Positions 1 through 5,869 of a stretch of 20,000 nucleotides of DNA are shown here, in pieces; position 1 is the stretch's first letter, and the number at the start of each line of letters is the position of its first letter. A model generated the notes under the pieces. The model did no database searches and was not told where the DNA came from. It saw only the letters and a list, made by a program, of their open reading frames with translations. Source of the DNA: an uncultured virus (IMG/VR IMGVR_UViG_3300024518_004509) (taxonomy: Duplodnaviria > Heunggongvirae > Uroviricota > Caudoviricetes); the IMG/VR virus record IMGVR_UViG_3300024518_004509; one strand, 5' to 3'. The position numbers and the translations under genes were made by a program.

Positions 1-2
1 GT

Positions 3-413
3 AAGGTTCTTTATGTATTTGGTTTTAGGAAAGAAGAAAGTCCAGCCAGAAGTAAGAAATTAGTTTTAGCTCCTAATAAAATGCTCACTACTAAAAGAAG
101 AACTGTAGATGATTATTTACCTATACATACATGGAAAGTTGACCGAGTCTGGAGAGTTATCAAACACAATAGTTTACCTTATCATTATGCATATGACTTG
201 AAAATGCCGAGACTATCTTGCGTATTTTGTATTTTCTCACCATTTGATGCACTGGTTGTAGCAGGTAAAGCTAACCCGGAATTATTAGACCGGTATATTG
301 AAATTGAACAAAAAATAAATCATACCTTTAAAAATAAATTCGCTATTGTAGAAGTCAGAACAGCTATAGAAAATAATTATGAACCTAAAAATATTCCTGA
401 TTGGACAATGTAA
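3..413 (+). CDS. PAPS reductase (phosphoadenosine phosphosulfate reductase) family protein, C-terminal part; 5' end lies outside the window
   Basis: The frame is open from base 3 (KVLYVFGFRKEESPARSKK...), upstream of the ORF-track start. It has the G-x-R-x-x-E-S-x-x-R motif, YLPIHTW, and the RLSCVFC Cys motif typical of this family. Confidence 0.85.
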   Translation, partial: KVLYVFGFRKEESPARSKKLVLAPNKMLTTKRRTVDDYLPIHTWKVDRVWRVIKHNSLPYHYAYDLKMPRLSCVFCIFSPFDALVVAGKANPELLDRYIEIEQKINHTFKNKFAIVEVRTAIENNYEPKNIPDWTM

Positions 414-1000
414 TGAAAAAATTAAATAATCCTACACAAGAAGAATGGTTTGATTTCTGGTGTCAGGAAATGATAGAAGCCGGTTTCATTGAAAGAGTTG
501 ATACTCCTGTAGATTATGGAGTAATTAAACTTTTCGAAAAAATAGTTAAATCTGCTAAAGGAAGAAATTATGTTATACTTGAATCAATCACCTATAAACC
601 TGACAGGGTTCTATGGTGGACTCAAAAAGGATGGAATAAGATTTGGTCTACAATGGATCAATTTGAAGGTACTTATTTTATAGCACATCAAGAACCTACA
701 ACAGAAAAATACTTTTCATTAGTAGAGGTTAAAGCTCCACCAGGTTACGGAGGTCGAAATACTTCAGATGCATCTTTTAGAGTAAAACAAAAATGGGTAT
801 GGGAAAAAATGGCACTGTATGTAAATAAAGTATACAACTACCCTATGGGTAAAACTAAAAAAGGAAAGTTTAAAGCAGAAGGCCCATATCTTTGGATGAG
901 AACCTTTACACCTACAAGGTATTTCTTTACAGACAAAACCTTTACAGCAAAAAGCATTAAAAATTGGAATGCATTACCTATTGATAATTGGTTAAACTGA
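413..1000 (+). CDS. Putative PD-(D/E)XK nuclease (T7 endonuclease I / DUF1064-like)
   Basis: N-terminal EEWF, then TYKPD...LVEVK and FRVKQKW motifs. The likely start is ATG 413, in a TAATG overlap with the upstream stop (ORF track starts at 401). Confidence 0.55.
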   Translation: MKKLNNPTQEEWFDFWCQEMIEAGFIERVDTPVDYGVIKLFEKIVKSAKGRNYVILESITYKPDRVLWWTQKGWNKIWSTMDQFEGTYFIAHQEPTTEKYFSLVEVKAPPGYGGRNTSDASFRVKQKWVWEKMALYVNKVYNYPMGKTKKGKFKAEGPYLWMRTFTPTRYFFTDKTFTAKSIKNWNALPIDNWLN

Positions 1001-1032
1001 TACAAATTACATAAAATTAAAACATACTTATT

Positions 1033-1113
1033 ATGAAAGAAAATATACCGTATAATTATGCTACAGATTGTAGTATTGACTACTCTAACAGAGAAGAATT
1101 TTTAAAATATTAA
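1033..1113 (+). CDS. Micro-ORF, 26 aa (MKENIPYNYATDCSIDYSNREEFLKY)
   Basis: Hand-translated. TTATG start; the stop lies in the motif variant TAAATTGTAA. Confidence 0.4.
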   Translation: MKENIPYNYATDCSIDYSNREEFLKY

Positions 1114-1132
1114 ATTGTAAAATTTAAAGAAT

Positions 1133-1348
1133 ATGAACAAATTTGAAACAATAAACATGGTTGACACTTACGAAGTTGACGGAACAGAAACTAAAGGACT
1201 TAGTTCTGAAAGACCTAAAATAAGAATTACAAATCATTGGAATAGGAAAGAGTTTGTTAATGTTGAAATGAATGGTAAAACATATACTGTTTTAGCTGAG
1301 CAATTAAAACGAGCTATTGATAACGCACAAAATGCACATTCTTATTAA
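1133..1348 (+). CDS. Hypothetical phage protein, 71 aa
   Basis: ORF track. A-rich start; the stop lies in TAAACTGTAG. Confidence 0.75.
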   Translation: MNKFETINMVDTYEVDGTETKGLSSERPKIRITNHWNRKEFVNVEMNGKTYTVLAEQLKRAIDNAQNAHSY

Positions 1349-1358
1349 ACTGTAGAAT

Positions 1359-1655
1359 ATGGAAATTACGACAAAACAGAGAAAAGCACTTGAAATTTTA
1401 GCAAGTAAAAGACAGGTTTCAGCAAGAGATTTTGCATTAAGAATGTGGACTGATAGTAATATGCATAAAAAAGTGTCAAATCAAGGAAATGGGGCTACCA
1501 GAGGTAAAGCGGGCTGGTTGTGTGGAGGAAGTTATTTATCTAAACTCGAAATATTAGGATTGGCAAAAAGGTCAAGGTGGGATGAAAACGGCAACCATAT
1601 TAGCATTTCTACTTTTGAAATTACTGAAAAAGGAAAATTATTAATACAAAATTAG
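1359..1655 (+). CDS. Putative winged-helix DNA-binding protein
   Basis: Pattern TTKQRKALEIL...SARDFA...YLSKLEILGLA...FEITEKGKLL resembles a wHTH fold with a MarR/PadR-like wing end. Confidence 0.6.
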   Translation: MEITTKQRKALEILASKRQVSARDFALRMWTDSNMHKKVSNQGNGATRGKAGWLCGGSYLSKLEILGLAKRSRWDENGNHISISTFEITEKGKLLIQN

Positions 1656-1662
1656 TGTAATT

Positions 1663-1803
1663 ATGATAACAGAACAAGATTTAAAAAACGCTTTTAATAG
1701 TGGTAGGTCATATTCAGGTATGCCAAATGGATTTAATGATTTTGTACAAGAAAAATGGAAATATGAAAATTTTGAAGATTATAAAAAACACCTAAAACTG
1801 TAA
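1663..1803 (+). CDS. Micro-ORF, 46 aa (MITEQDLKNAFNSGRSYSGMPNGFNDFVQEKWKYENFEDYKKHLKL)
   Basis: Hand-translated. It fills the space between two junction motifs exactly and ends AAA CTG TAA. Confidence 0.7.
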   Translation: MITEQDLKNAFNSGRSYSGMPNGFNDFVQEKWKYENFEDYKKHLKL

Positions 1804-1805
1804 TT

Positions 1806-2108
1806 ATGAGAACGTGGAGTTATTACAATAATGAATTTAAAACAGGAGTGAAAGAAAAAGCATTATTTAAGTCTTTTGATTATCAATATACGTTTAAAGG
1901 ATTAACTCTGTTAGAAATTTCAATAGCGTACAGAAGTAATTTAAGAACCAATAAAGATTATAGGGAATATGATATGGGTAAAAAAGAGATTAATTACTCA
2001 TTTGATAATTTATGGCTAACACTTTTTTCTAACAAGTATTATTTCTTGTATGTAAGTTGGTCTTATTTTCATAAAGCAATAGAATTTTTTAAACCAAAAT
2101 ATAAATAA
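1806..2108 (+). CDS. Hypothetical aromatic-rich protein, 100 aa
   Basis: ORF track. Starts and stops in junction motifs. Confidence 0.7.
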   Translation: MRTWSYYNNEFKTGVKEKALFKSFDYQYTFKGLTLLEISIAYRSNLRTNKDYREYDMGKKEINYSFDNLWLTLFSNKYYFLYVSWSYFHKAIEFFKPKYK

Positions 2109-2117
2109 ACTGTAATT

Positions 2118-2258
2118 ATGGGAAACGATGTAAATATAATTGACAAAGCTATTCGGAATACTAGAAGAAAATTAAATGCAAAATGGTTTACCTATGGATT
2201 TATAATAGGAGTGATGTTTTGCGTTGCAACTATAATGATAATAACATTAATACTGTAA
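2118..2258 (+). CDS. Micro-ORF, 46 aa, basic N-terminus plus C-terminal TM helix (MGNDVNIIDKAIRNTRRKLNAKWFTYGFIIGVMFCVATIMIITLIL)
   Basis: Hand-translated, motif to motif. Hydrophobic C-terminal ~24 residues. Confidence 0.7.
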   Translation: MGNDVNIIDKAIRNTRRKLNAKWFTYGFIIGVMFCVATIMIITLIL

Positions 2259-2260
2259 TT

Positions 2261-2422
2261 ATGAAGAAAGGACAAATGTATTTTTATTTAGGTAGAATAT
2301 TTATAGCAAAAAAAATAAGTGGTAATGATGTTTTACCGACTAAATCGTGGGGTGCAGCAATGAGTTGGCATCCGATTAGACATTGTAAAATAATAGAAGG
2401 AATTATTAACTTTAAACTGTAA
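2261..2422 (+). CDS. Micro-ORF, 53 aa (MKKGQMYFYLGRIF...IEGIINFKL)
   Basis: Same frame as ORF-track 2183..2422, but the start is reassigned to the motif ATG at 2261. Confidence 0.65.
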   Translation: MKKGQMYFYLGRIFIAKKISGNDVLPTKSWGAAMSWHPIRHCKIIEGIINFKL

Positions 2423-2424
2423 TT

Positions 2425-2547
2425 ATGGAAACTGCTAATAAGTGGAAAGAACGAGCAAAAAGAGATAGGAAATATAGAAAATATTATCAGTTGAGAAATA
2501 AGGTAATTCTATTTATGGCTGATATAAAAGATAACTTAAAACTGTAA
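2425..2547 (+). CDS. Micro-ORF, 40 aa, highly basic (METANKWKERAKRDRKYRKYYQLRNKVILFMADIKDNLKL)
   Basis: Hand-translated, motif to motif. Confidence 0.65.
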   Translation: METANKWKERAKRDRKYRKYYQLRNKVILFMADIKDNLKL

Positions 2548-2642
2548 TATTCTTATGTGACTGTAATGTGACTAAGCGAGTAAAATAGAGAAAATTCACT
2601 CACAAAACCTATGTGATAGGGATGTGACTAAATACTGTAATT

Positions 2643-2726
2643 ATGACATATTTCCCAGAAATAGAGCAATTCACGATGTATGAAGATTATCATACCACAA
2701 CAGACGATAAAACAACAATCAAATAA
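2643..2726 (+). CDS. Micro-ORF, 27 aa (MTYFPEIEQFTMYEDYHTTTDDKTTIK)
   Basis: Hand-translated, motif to motif. Confidence 0.55.
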   Translation: MTYFPEIEQFTMYEDYHTTTDDKTTIK

Positions 2727-2735
2727 ACTGTAATT

Positions 2736-2861
2736 ATGAGAAAATATTTCACCTACTACAAAAAAAGAGTAACGGTAGAATTTGCTAAAAAAAGATGTTG
2801 GCGACATATTGTATTGAAACACAGTCCTTGTAAGAAAGATTGTGGTGCAAGTATTTGTTAA
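2736..2861 (+). CDS. Micro-ORF, 41 aa, basic with 4 Cys (MRKYFTYYKKRVTVEFAKKRCWRHIVLKHSPCKKDCGASIC)
   Basis: Hand-translated. Starts at a motif ATG and ends just before palindrome copy 1. Confidence 0.6.
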   Translation: MRKYFTYYKKRVTVEFAKKRCWRHIVLKHSPCKKDCGASIC

Positions 2862-2864
2862 AAA

Positions 2865-2892
2865 GTCCAGTTAATTAGTTAAAAAACTGGAC
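2865..2892. repeat. Palindrome copy 1: GTCCAGTT-N12-AACTGGAC
   Basis: Perfect 8-bp inverted repeat; spacer AATTAGTTAAAA. Confidence 0.9.
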
Positions 2893-2921
2893 AAAAGAAT
2901 AATTTTAAAACTGTAATAATC

Positions 2922-3041
2922 ATGGAAAAATCATTAAGTCCTAAACAGGCGAAAAATAGAAGATATAAAAAAGTTGGTGGTGGTGGTTGTATGGTTACAA
3001 TCGTAATAGGAATTATATCAATACTATCATTAATACTGTAA
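2922..3041 (+). CDS. Micro-ORF, 39 aa, basic N-terminus plus C-terminal TM helix (MEKSLSPKQAKNRRYKKVGGGGCMVTIVIGIISILSLIL)
   Basis: Hand-translated, motif to motif. Confidence 0.65.
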   Translation: MEKSLSPKQAKNRRYKKVGGGGCMVTIVIGIISILSLIL

Positions 3042-3043
3042 TT

Positions 3044-3226
3044 ATGTGGGAATATAAAACTGAATATAAAGGAGTTCACGAAGTAAATCTTTCACATATG
3101 GAAACGTATTTAAACAAAAAAGGAAAAGAGGGTTGGGAATTGGTGTATATCATATCAAAGAACTTTAGGGATAATGTACACGAATTTGCTAACCACACTT
3201 TTATTTTTAAAAGACAATCTAAATAA
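3044..3226 (+). CDS. DUF4177-like protein, 60 aa
   Basis: MWEYK...LNKKGKEGWELV...FIFKR matches the DUF4177 pattern. The family N-terminus begins exactly at the motif ATG (3044), not at the ORF-track start 2987. Confidence 0.8.
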   Translation: MWEYKTEYKGVHEVNLSHMETYLNKKGKEGWELVYIISKNFRDNVHEFANHTFIFKRQSK

Positions 3227-3245
3227 ACTGTAAATACTAAATATT

Positions 3246-3434
3246 ATGAAAGTTAATAAAAATTATTACAATAAAAATTGGAAAATTTTGCGACTAAAAG
3301 TTCCAAATGATCCAATAGGAATAAAAGAATGGTTATGGATGATCTGGGGATTTGATATATTTTTTGGTAGAGTGCCCTTTTTAAAAGTTATAGTACTATG
3401 TAACATTTTAATATGGGTATTTTTATTCTTGTAA
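3246..3434 (+). CDS. Small membrane protein, 62 aa
   Basis: ORF track. Hydrophobic C-terminal half; last gene of the array. Confidence 0.6.
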   Translation: MKVNKNYYNKNWKILRLKVPNDPIGIKEWLWMIWGFDIFFGRVPFLKVIVLCNILIWVFLFL

Positions 3435-3435
3435 A

Positions 3436-3465
3436 TGTCCAGTTAATTCGATAATAAACTGGACA
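3436..3465. repeat. Palindrome copy 2: TGTCCAGTT-N12-AACTGGACA
   Basis: Perfect 9-bp inverted repeat; spacer AATTCGATAATA; same arms as copy 1. Confidence 0.9.
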
Positions 3466-3471
3466 AAACTG

Positions 3472-3498
3472 AAAAAGCCCCACCGAAGTAGAGCTTTT
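3472..3498 (-). terminator. Intrinsic terminator, minus strand
   Basis: The minus strand reads AAAAGCUCUAC-UUCG-GUGGGGCUUUUU: a cUUCGg tetraloop, G.U pairs that form only on this strand, and a U tail. Confidence 0.8.
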
Positions 3499-3540
3499 GA
3501 ATCAAGAATAACTTTTTGTTTAACTTAAAACCTTATGAAC
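3472..3540 (-). ncRNA. Candidate small RNA 1 (~70 nt)
   Basis: Lies between a minus-strand TATATTTG (-7 element, 3545-3552) and the minus-strand terminator, with no ORF. Confidence 0.45.
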
Positions 3541-3544
3541 TATA

Positions 3545-3552
3545 CAAATATA
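3545..3552 (-). promoter_or_regulatory. Bacteroidota -7 promoter element TATATTTG
   Basis: Matches TAnnTTTG; no clear -33 TTTG at the canonical spacing. Confidence 0.5.
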
Positions 3553-3596
3553 GTGTATTTTAATTAAATGTTATAACTTTACCTAAAATAAAAATC

Positions 3597-3890
3597 ATGG
3601 CTACAGAAACCTTAACAATAGAAGAACAGTTCCTCTGGCATCAGGATCCTCTACAAGAATGTGCAGGACAACCTGTTATTGCTCAGCACAGCTTTGAATC
3701 ATTAGCTACAGAACTTGTAGAGTATACAGAAATTACTTACACAGCAGATGAATTAGTTGCATTGTTCTTCGAGATCTCTAAAAAGTATACTGCTTGTGGA
3801 GCAAATAACAATGAGAAGTACGCTATTATAAGAAAGAACCCGGAAAAAGGGTGGACTAAAATAGTTGCACAAGTACAGGAAACACCATAA
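3597..3890 (+). CDS. Hypothetical acidic protein, 97 aa
   Basis: ORF track. A-rich start; followed directly by a terminator; possible weak -7 element TAACTTTA at 3574-3581. Confidence 0.75.
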   Translation: MATETLTIEEQFLWHQDPLQECAGQPVIAQHSFESLATELVEYTEITYTADELVALFFEISKKYTACGANNNEKYAIIRKNPEKGWTKIVAQVQETP

Positions 3891-3924
3891 AAAAGAGCCA
3901 GCGTTGTTAGAACTGGCTCTTTAT
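3889..3924. terminator. Bidirectional intrinsic terminator
   Basis: AAAGAGCCAG (3892-3901) pairs with CTGGCTCTTT (3913-3922). The A6 run on the left gives a U6 tail on the minus strand. Confidence 0.75.
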
Positions 3925-3969
3925 AGCGTGACGAATGCTAAGAATGTATCAAAGTATTTTATCCTTTAC
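3889..3969 (-). ncRNA. Candidate small RNA 2 (~80 nt)
   Basis: Full minus-strand promoter upstream, a terminator with U6 downstream, and no ORF between them. Confidence 0.5.
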
Positions 3970-3974
3970 AAGTA

Positions 3975-4006
3975 CAAATGTATAATAAAATATTTTCATA
4001 CACAAA
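3975..4006 (-). promoter_or_regulatory. Bacteroidota primary-sigma promoter
   Basis: Minus strand TTTG (4006-4003), N20, TACATTTG (3982-3975). Confidence 0.7.
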
Positions 4007-4027
4007 TAAAATTAAAATATAATAAAT

Positions 4028-4058
4028 TTTGTTATGAAAATAATTTCTTGTATTTTTG
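4028..4058 (+). promoter_or_regulatory. Bacteroidota primary-sigma promoter for the 4088 gene
   Basis: TTTG (4028-4031), N19, TATTTTTG (4051-4058). Confidence 0.75.
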
Positions 4059-4087
4059 TTCTAAATAATAACTTAAAATTTTAAAAC

Positions 4088-4324
4088 ATGGCGAAACAAG
4101 CGCGAAGAAAAGCCCCAGTTAAAAAAGAAACGCCGGTAAAACAAATGCCGCAAAAAGCACCAACACATTATTTAGTACCTGCTCAAACAGTCACAGCACT
4201 GGTAGGTGCTCTAAACGAACTGTTGTTAGGAAAAGAACATACTAAAAAAGTCTTTTTCGACATCATTAATGGAGGATTTCAACCTTATGATCCTCCGGCA
4301 ACAGAAGATGCTGCTGAAAAGTAG
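4088..4324 (+). CDS. Hypothetical protein, 78 aa, Lys/Pro-rich N-terminus and acidic C-terminus
   Basis: ORF track. Has its own promoter and terminator. Confidence 0.8.
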   Translation: MAKQARRKAPVKKETPVKQMPQKAPTHYLVPAQTVTALVGALNELLLGKEHTKKVFFDIINGGFQPYDPPATEDAAEK

Positions 4325-4349
4325 TTGATTTTATTTTATTTATGTGAAT

Positions 4350-4375
4350 AAACCCTGTCAGCAATGGCAGGGTTT
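4350..4375. terminator. Terminator hairpin between convergent genes
   Basis: AAACCCTGTCA-GCAA-TGGCAGGGTTT with a GNRA loop, lying between the stops at 4324 and 4382. Confidence 0.75.
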
Positions 4376-4381
4376 CTCATT

Positions 4382-5869
4382 TTATGTACATGGTGAATTA
4401 GTCCAACAACCCGGTCCAGTTCCTATGATATTCTTATAGACTGTACCTATTTCTCCGTTGGTATCCACATAGATATATTGAGTAATTGTATAAATTACAT
4501 TGTTGGTAGAATCCCCGTTAGACCATAACAGTACACCTGTACCACCAGGATAATCATGAGAGACTGTCACATTTGTAAGTGATATGAAGTATTGTGAGCC
4601 GTCCCATTCCCATTTAGCTCTTGAAAGAATATTTATATTTATATCAAATATCTTGATCATTCCTGAATCATAAGCATCAAATCCACTTGCTATAAGTGGG
4701 TATTCTATACTCTGGTCTGCAGATGATTGTCCTGTTAAGAATTCCATCATGGAAATTACATTAGGTGCATTCTCTGCTCCATCCCATACAATCTTTGCTG
4801 AGCCACTCGTATAACTTGTGACAAGAGCTGTCATAGTTCCAAAGGTTTCAGGTGTAATGGTTTCAAACTCATCAGTATAATGAGCCCAGACATACATTCC
4901 TGTAGGCGCTTGTACTGTAGCAGCATCATCCAACCACACACGAGCACCCACATTAAAGGTATCACCATCAGATATGAACAAAGGTGTAGGAACACCTCCA
5001 TTACCTGCAAAGAGTCTTGTATCTTCAATCTCATTACATGTATTGACCATACATGGTACGTCATTTATCTGAGGTTGATGGTAAGCCTGACCAATTGGAT
5101 ATGCCGGATCTGGTGAGACTGGATTGTATTCAGCTTCAGTTATAAGTGTGCTGATAGTAGGAAGAACTCCATAATATGGTTCTTGAAGAGTCAGACTGTA
5201 CACCACTTCAGCTCCTTGATCACCGGAAAGTCCATTCATATCTGAAGAGAAATACATCTTATTGTTAGGAAGTGGTATCCATATTGAAGCACCCACTGCT
5301 CTATAATGTGAAGTAACTGTTTCTCCTGCTGCTATTTGAAGTTCCCATACTTCTATGGAACTGTCAGGATGTGTAAAGGTAATTGTATACTGGAAAGCAT
5401 AAGGCATTGCCAAATTCAGTGTGACGCTATGTGCCCAAATGGTATATAATCCTGAATTGGGTCCTATTGCACCTTCATATGTCCAGTCATTACCACTTGT
5501 AGCAAGAACCTTCTCAAGAGCATGGCCTGCTACTGTAGCTGTCGGGTATCCCCTGAATGCCATCATATCCCCGGGACGCTTGTGATGAGCATCTTCATTG
5601 AAACCGTAGAGCATTTCCCTGATCACAAAATATGTACACCTCAACAGGTCTAAGATGCCATTCTCAGCATCACTTAGACTGCCTGCAGGAAAAGTATTAT
5701 GTAAAATCCATGTATGGTATACAGCTTTGTTTACAGAACCTTCCTTCCAGTCTGCTCTGGTACCGTGAAGTGCACAACCCTTGCCCGGAACCCCTGTATC
5801 ATTAATAGGGACTCGTTTGCCGTCGTGCAAATCATTCCATACTTGGTTCTCAGCATTAGTATATGCCAT
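4382..5869 (-). CDS. Hypothetical 495-aa protein, probably virion-associated
   Basis: Long ORF coupled to the lysis genes; Gly/Thr/aromatic-rich. It contains a segment resembling the domain in 8056..8406. Confidence 0.7.
   Translation of the reverse strand: MAYTNAENQVWNDLHDGKRVPINDTGVPGKGCALHGTRADWKEGSVNKAVYHTWILHNTFPAGSLSDAENGILDLLRCTYFVIREMLYGFNEDAHHKRPGDMMAFRGYPTATVAGHALEKVLATSGNDWTYEGAIGPNSGLYTIWAHSVTLNLAMPYAFQYTITFTHPDSSIEVWELQIAAGETVTSHYRAVGASIWIPLPNNKMYFSSDMNGLSGDQGAEVVYSLTLQEPYYGVLPTISTLITEAEYNPVSPDPAYPIGQAYHQPQINDVPCMVNTCNEIEDTRLFAGNGGVPTPLFISDGDTFNVGARVWLDDAATVQAPTGMYVWAHYTDEFETITPETFGTMTALVTSYTSGSAKIVWDGAENAPNVISMMEFLTGQSSADQSIEYPLIASGFDAYDSGMIKIFDININILSRAKWEWDGSQYFISLTNVTVSHDYPGGTGVLLWSNGDSTNNVIYTITQYIYVDTNGEIGTVYKNIIGTGPGCWTNSPCT

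Larger units (their letters stand above)
1347..3248 (+). repeat. Dispersed direct repeat A(A/T)ACTGTAATTATG at gene junctions
   Basis: Exact copies start at 1795, 2107, 2250, 2414, 2632, 2725 and 3033. Variants are at 1347 (AAACTGTAGAATATG), 1652 (TTAGTGTAATTATG), 2539 (AAACTGTAATATTCTTATG), 2908 (AAACTGTAATAATCATG) and 3225 (AAACTGTAAATACTAAATATTATG). Confidence 0.95.

Noticed and set aside
2555..2631. Stop-codon reassignment to rescue an ORF in the ATG-TGA cassette
   Set aside because: Reading TGA through from 2555 still hits TAA two codons later, and long genes elsewhere are intact under the standard code.
2183..3043. ORF-track starts at 2183 and 2987
   Set aside because: They overlap better-supported micro-ORFs; the motif ATGs at 2261 and 3044 fit better.
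2628..3079. Minus-strand ORFs 2628..2822 and 2879..3079 with recurring HNYS
   Set aside because: HNYS is only the antisense reading of the junction motif; these are shadows of the + strand micro-genes.
1347..3248. Repeat array as a CRISPR locus
   Set aside because: The repeat is only 14 bp, the intervals are about 80-300 bp and protein-coding, and no cas genes are present.
1347..3465. Classical integron
   Set aside because: No GTTRRRY/RYYYAAC attC hairpin per cassette, and no integron integrase in the window.
3865..4068. 67-aa ORF
   Set aside because: It runs across a terminator and two promoters, has a TTG start and shows low-complexity composition.
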